Of a stretch of DNA of 33,761 bases, positions 30,697 through 33,761 are shown piece after piece; positions within the stretch are counted from its first letter, which is position 1, and every line of letters starts with the position of its first letter. Location of the stretch: NCBI GenBank assembly GCA_003971905.1, contig RSEE01000131.1, positions 124,001 to 157,761 on the forward strand, in the 5' to 3' direction. This DNA is from Moniliella sp. 'wahieum' (taxonomy: Eukaryota). Below the pieces are notes generated by a model. The model was not told the DNA's origin, searched no databases, and worked only from the letters and a program-made list of their open reading frames with translations. The translations under genes were made by a program, and so were the position numbers.

Positions 30697-33600
30697 CTAT
30701 CGTCTCAGTTGCCCCGTCACTGCACTGGTACACACTACAGCTCGTCCGGGCTGGGCGCACGACTGTAGGTGAACGAGTGGGCGCGGGCGGGCCGAGGTGG
30801 GCGCCGAAGCAGGCACCGAGCAGGTATCGAAGCAGGTACGAAGCAGGTACCGAAGCAGGCGCCGAGCCAGCCCGAGCCGACACGGACGCCGACGCGGACG
30901 CCGAGACGGTGGAGGGATGGTGCGAGTCGAGCTCGGTAAAGTGGTCGTCCAAAGTAGTGCGCAGCAGTGGAGCGGGGGGTTGGGGCACGGGACCCGTCTG
31001 GCCTGGGCCGAAGCAAAGATCGAGTAAGCCACCAGCCCCGTCCAGCCTGTCTGGTGCGCGCGCCCAGCCCCTTGCCCGTGTCGCCATGAAAAATTCATGG
31101 AACAGCGTCATCCGCTACATTGCGTAGTCCAAAAACGGTACCCCGCCATTCGAGGGTCGTCGACCCGTCCGTCTCGTACAAAGCGCGAAATGAGCCGGTC
31201 TTGCAGCTCACTCGCTACTTCTCCTAGCGTCGCTTCGTCCCCCGACCCAGTTGGAAACTCTACAAGGAACGTGTCCCCATAGTACTGGTAGAACCGCTGC
31301 AGACTCTCAATCAACAAAAAGTTCACCGCCAGCCAGATCGGACCACGCCAATTCGAGTTGCCACCAAACATGCCCGACTTGGAGTCCCCAGGCCAGTAGC
31401 CCGCAGAAAATCTTGCCCGTCAATCACCGTCGAAAAGGGCTGGTCGTGGTGGTACTTGGACAAGGACCGAATCCCATACGACGACAAAAATTCCGTCTCG
31501 TCCAACATCCGACGTAAAATGTGGTGCAGCCGGTCCTCATTGACCATCGCAAGTAACCGCCGGTCCCCTTGCCCGCAGTAGACATGTTGGCAATGTTGCG
31601 CTCGGCCAGCTCGGCACGGTTGTCGAGGAACCACTGCATCCGCCGCGCAAACGACGGAACCGATCCAACACCACCGGCTCAATCGTCAGCGTCGCATACA
31701 GCGGCATCAGACCTACCAGCGACCGTAGCGGGATCAACTGCGACGCGCCGTTGCCCCATGAAATCGCATCGTAGTAAAACTTGTCCTCCTCGGACCACAA
31801 CGATACATCTTCCTCCTCGTCCGCTTGCCGGTACGTCATCGCGTCGGAAATGTAAATAAAGTGCTCAAAAAACTTGCTGGCAATGTCCTCGTACGTAGCA
31901 TTGTGCTTGCCAGCTCAAGCGCCATGCTCAGCATCGTCAAGGCATAAAACGCCATCCATGCCGTCCCGTCCGCTTGACGCAGCTTGCCTCCCATGGCAAC
32001 GGCTCCGAACGGTTGAACGGCCCGATATTGTCCAGCCCCAAAAAGCCTCCTTCAAACACCCCCGATCCATCGGCGTCCTTCCGGTTGCTGTGAGTATGCC
32101 GTCCCAGCCAGCCCAATGAGGTCAGCATCAGTGCCACACATCTGTCGTGTACCGCCAGGAAAACAAACAAAAAAGCAAAAGAAAAAAATGGGAGGGACAA
32201 AACAGAGAGAGAAGGGTGTGCATGAGGGAGAGAAGTATACGTACGTCACCAGGTAAAGTTGAGCAGCAACTTTGGAACACACGTTCCAAGAACGCCAAGT
32301 CTTCGTGGCCATGCAGCTTGCGTTCAATCTTAAACACCCGCAGCGTCGCCCACGCATGCACGGGCGGGTTGACATCCGAAAAGGACCATTCGTACGCGGG
32401 CAAGGCCCCGTCGGGCTTCATGTACCACTCGCGGGTAAAGAGGTCAAGTTGTTTCTTGGCAAACGCAGGGTCGATCAACGCGAGTGGGATGCATGGAACG
32501 CCGTGTCCCACACGGCGAAAAACGGGTACTCCCATTTATCCGGCATGGACAGAATGTCCTCCGCGTGCAAATGCCGCCACGCACGGTTACGCACCTGCTT
32601 GCGTTCCGGCGGCGGCGCAGGCTGCGACGGATCACCCTTGATCCACTCGGTCTGCACAAACTGGTAATACTGCTTGTTCCACAACATGCCAGCCGCGCCT
32701 GCCGCATCACCGATTTCCGCTCTCGCTCTCGGCACTCAGTGGGCCACCCACATCCAGACGCGCATAAAAGTCGTCCGCCTCTTGGTGCCGCGTCTCAATC
32801 GTCTGGTCCAACGCTTCATCATCATCGATCGTCTCGTCCTCCTCCGGCGTCTTGGGCGTCAACTTGAGCCGCACCACCGCGCACCCCCCTGGGCAGGAAC
32901 AGAACGGAACACGTAATGCGCTCCCGCTTTCGTGCCTACATTGGCTGGATTCACATAGTCCCGCGTTCGCTCCGTCGTCTGCACAAAGTACTCTTCTCTT
33001 CCACTTCCGTCTCTACCTCCTCCGGCTGCAGCTCCGTCACTTCCTCGTACTCGCTCTCCTCTGGCGTCACAGCACCTCCATCCAGAGCTGAAGCCTCGCT
33101 GGGTGGTGTGGCGTCCGTCTCACCGTCTGCGGGGCCTCGGGCGTGCCCTGGGCCTCCGGCGAGCAAGTAGCCTGAGCAGGCTCGTCCTGCGTCGGCGGAG
33201 CGCAGCAGGAGCCTCAGGGAAGAGGACGAGGAAGAAGATGAAAAGAAGAAGGCTGGGGCGCCTTGGGGCGACGGACGGTGACCGGCGTTTGGATGATATG
33301 GGGCATTTCTTCTTGACCATACGAGTGTGGCGCACGGGCTTGGGACGGTCCTTTTCCAAGCGATGACGAAAGATGATGTGGTCGTGAAACGCATCCTTGG
33401 CGTACGTGTGGGCATTCTGGCCATCATACAGACGCTCAAAGTTGGTCTCATTCTCGGTAAACAGCATCTCGGTACCACACCTCCTCGTCCGAAACGAGCT
33501 GCGCCTCTTGGCTGCCCGCAGGCATCGGTAAGCTCGGAGCAGGGGAGGAGGAACAGTAGAGAAAGTACCGTCCTAACGTTTCGTGGTCCGCTTGCACCAC

Positions 33601-33761
33601 CGTCTCGTCCACCAGGCGCAACGAAGGTTTGTCCGCTTTGGCCTCGTCCCAGCTCCATGTGTTGCGGAAAAAGAGTGCGGAATAATATGCAGGTCAGCAG
33701 GCTCGGGGCCACGGTTGAACGCAGAAATCGGATCGAGTTGGCATTCTCCTCATAGTCGTCT
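30697..33761 (-). CDS. Glycoside hydrolase family 63-like protein (YMR196W/MGH1-like), 5'-truncated by the window; many frameshifts
   Basis: Motifs [104 protein letters not shown] and [10 protein letters not shown]. Intron at 32088-32244. The stop position is approximate. Confidence 0.92.

Noticed and set aside
30697..33761. GH63 and other genes as pseudogenes or programmed frameshift cases
   Set aside because: Indels affect all genes, cluster at homopolymers and leave conserved motifs intact, which fits read error.

Overview
GC-rich, intron-containing, microsatellite-dense fungal DNA, most consistent with a basidiomycete (possibly Ustilaginomycotina; this is inference). Nearly every gene is broken by 1-nt frameshifts, which is best explained by uncorrected long-read errors, so gene ends are approximate. 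Genes recognised from motifs: a Mit_KHE1/YDL183C-like mitochondrial protein, a secreted HSL/Say1-type esterase, a TBC1D13-like Rab-GAP with a very long tail, mitochondrial uL14m, a Jid1-like J-protein, Elongin A, a PEHE/Sas4-like protein, Dcp2, an orphan ORF, Rad1/Rec1 (9-1-1 clamp) and a partial GH63 (YMR196W-like). Not shown by the ORF track: a decayed Ty1/copia integrase-RT relic (about 2330-3450, minus strand) and an apparently non-coding, hairpin-rich plus-strand island of about 700 nt (19720-20435). The last stem of that island ends exactly at a GTAAGT donor, making it the best candidate for an unannotated structured RNA. Shared cis-features include (CCA)n leaders before start codons, paired CAACCCTA boxes in divergent promoters and a dominant GTACGT splice donor.
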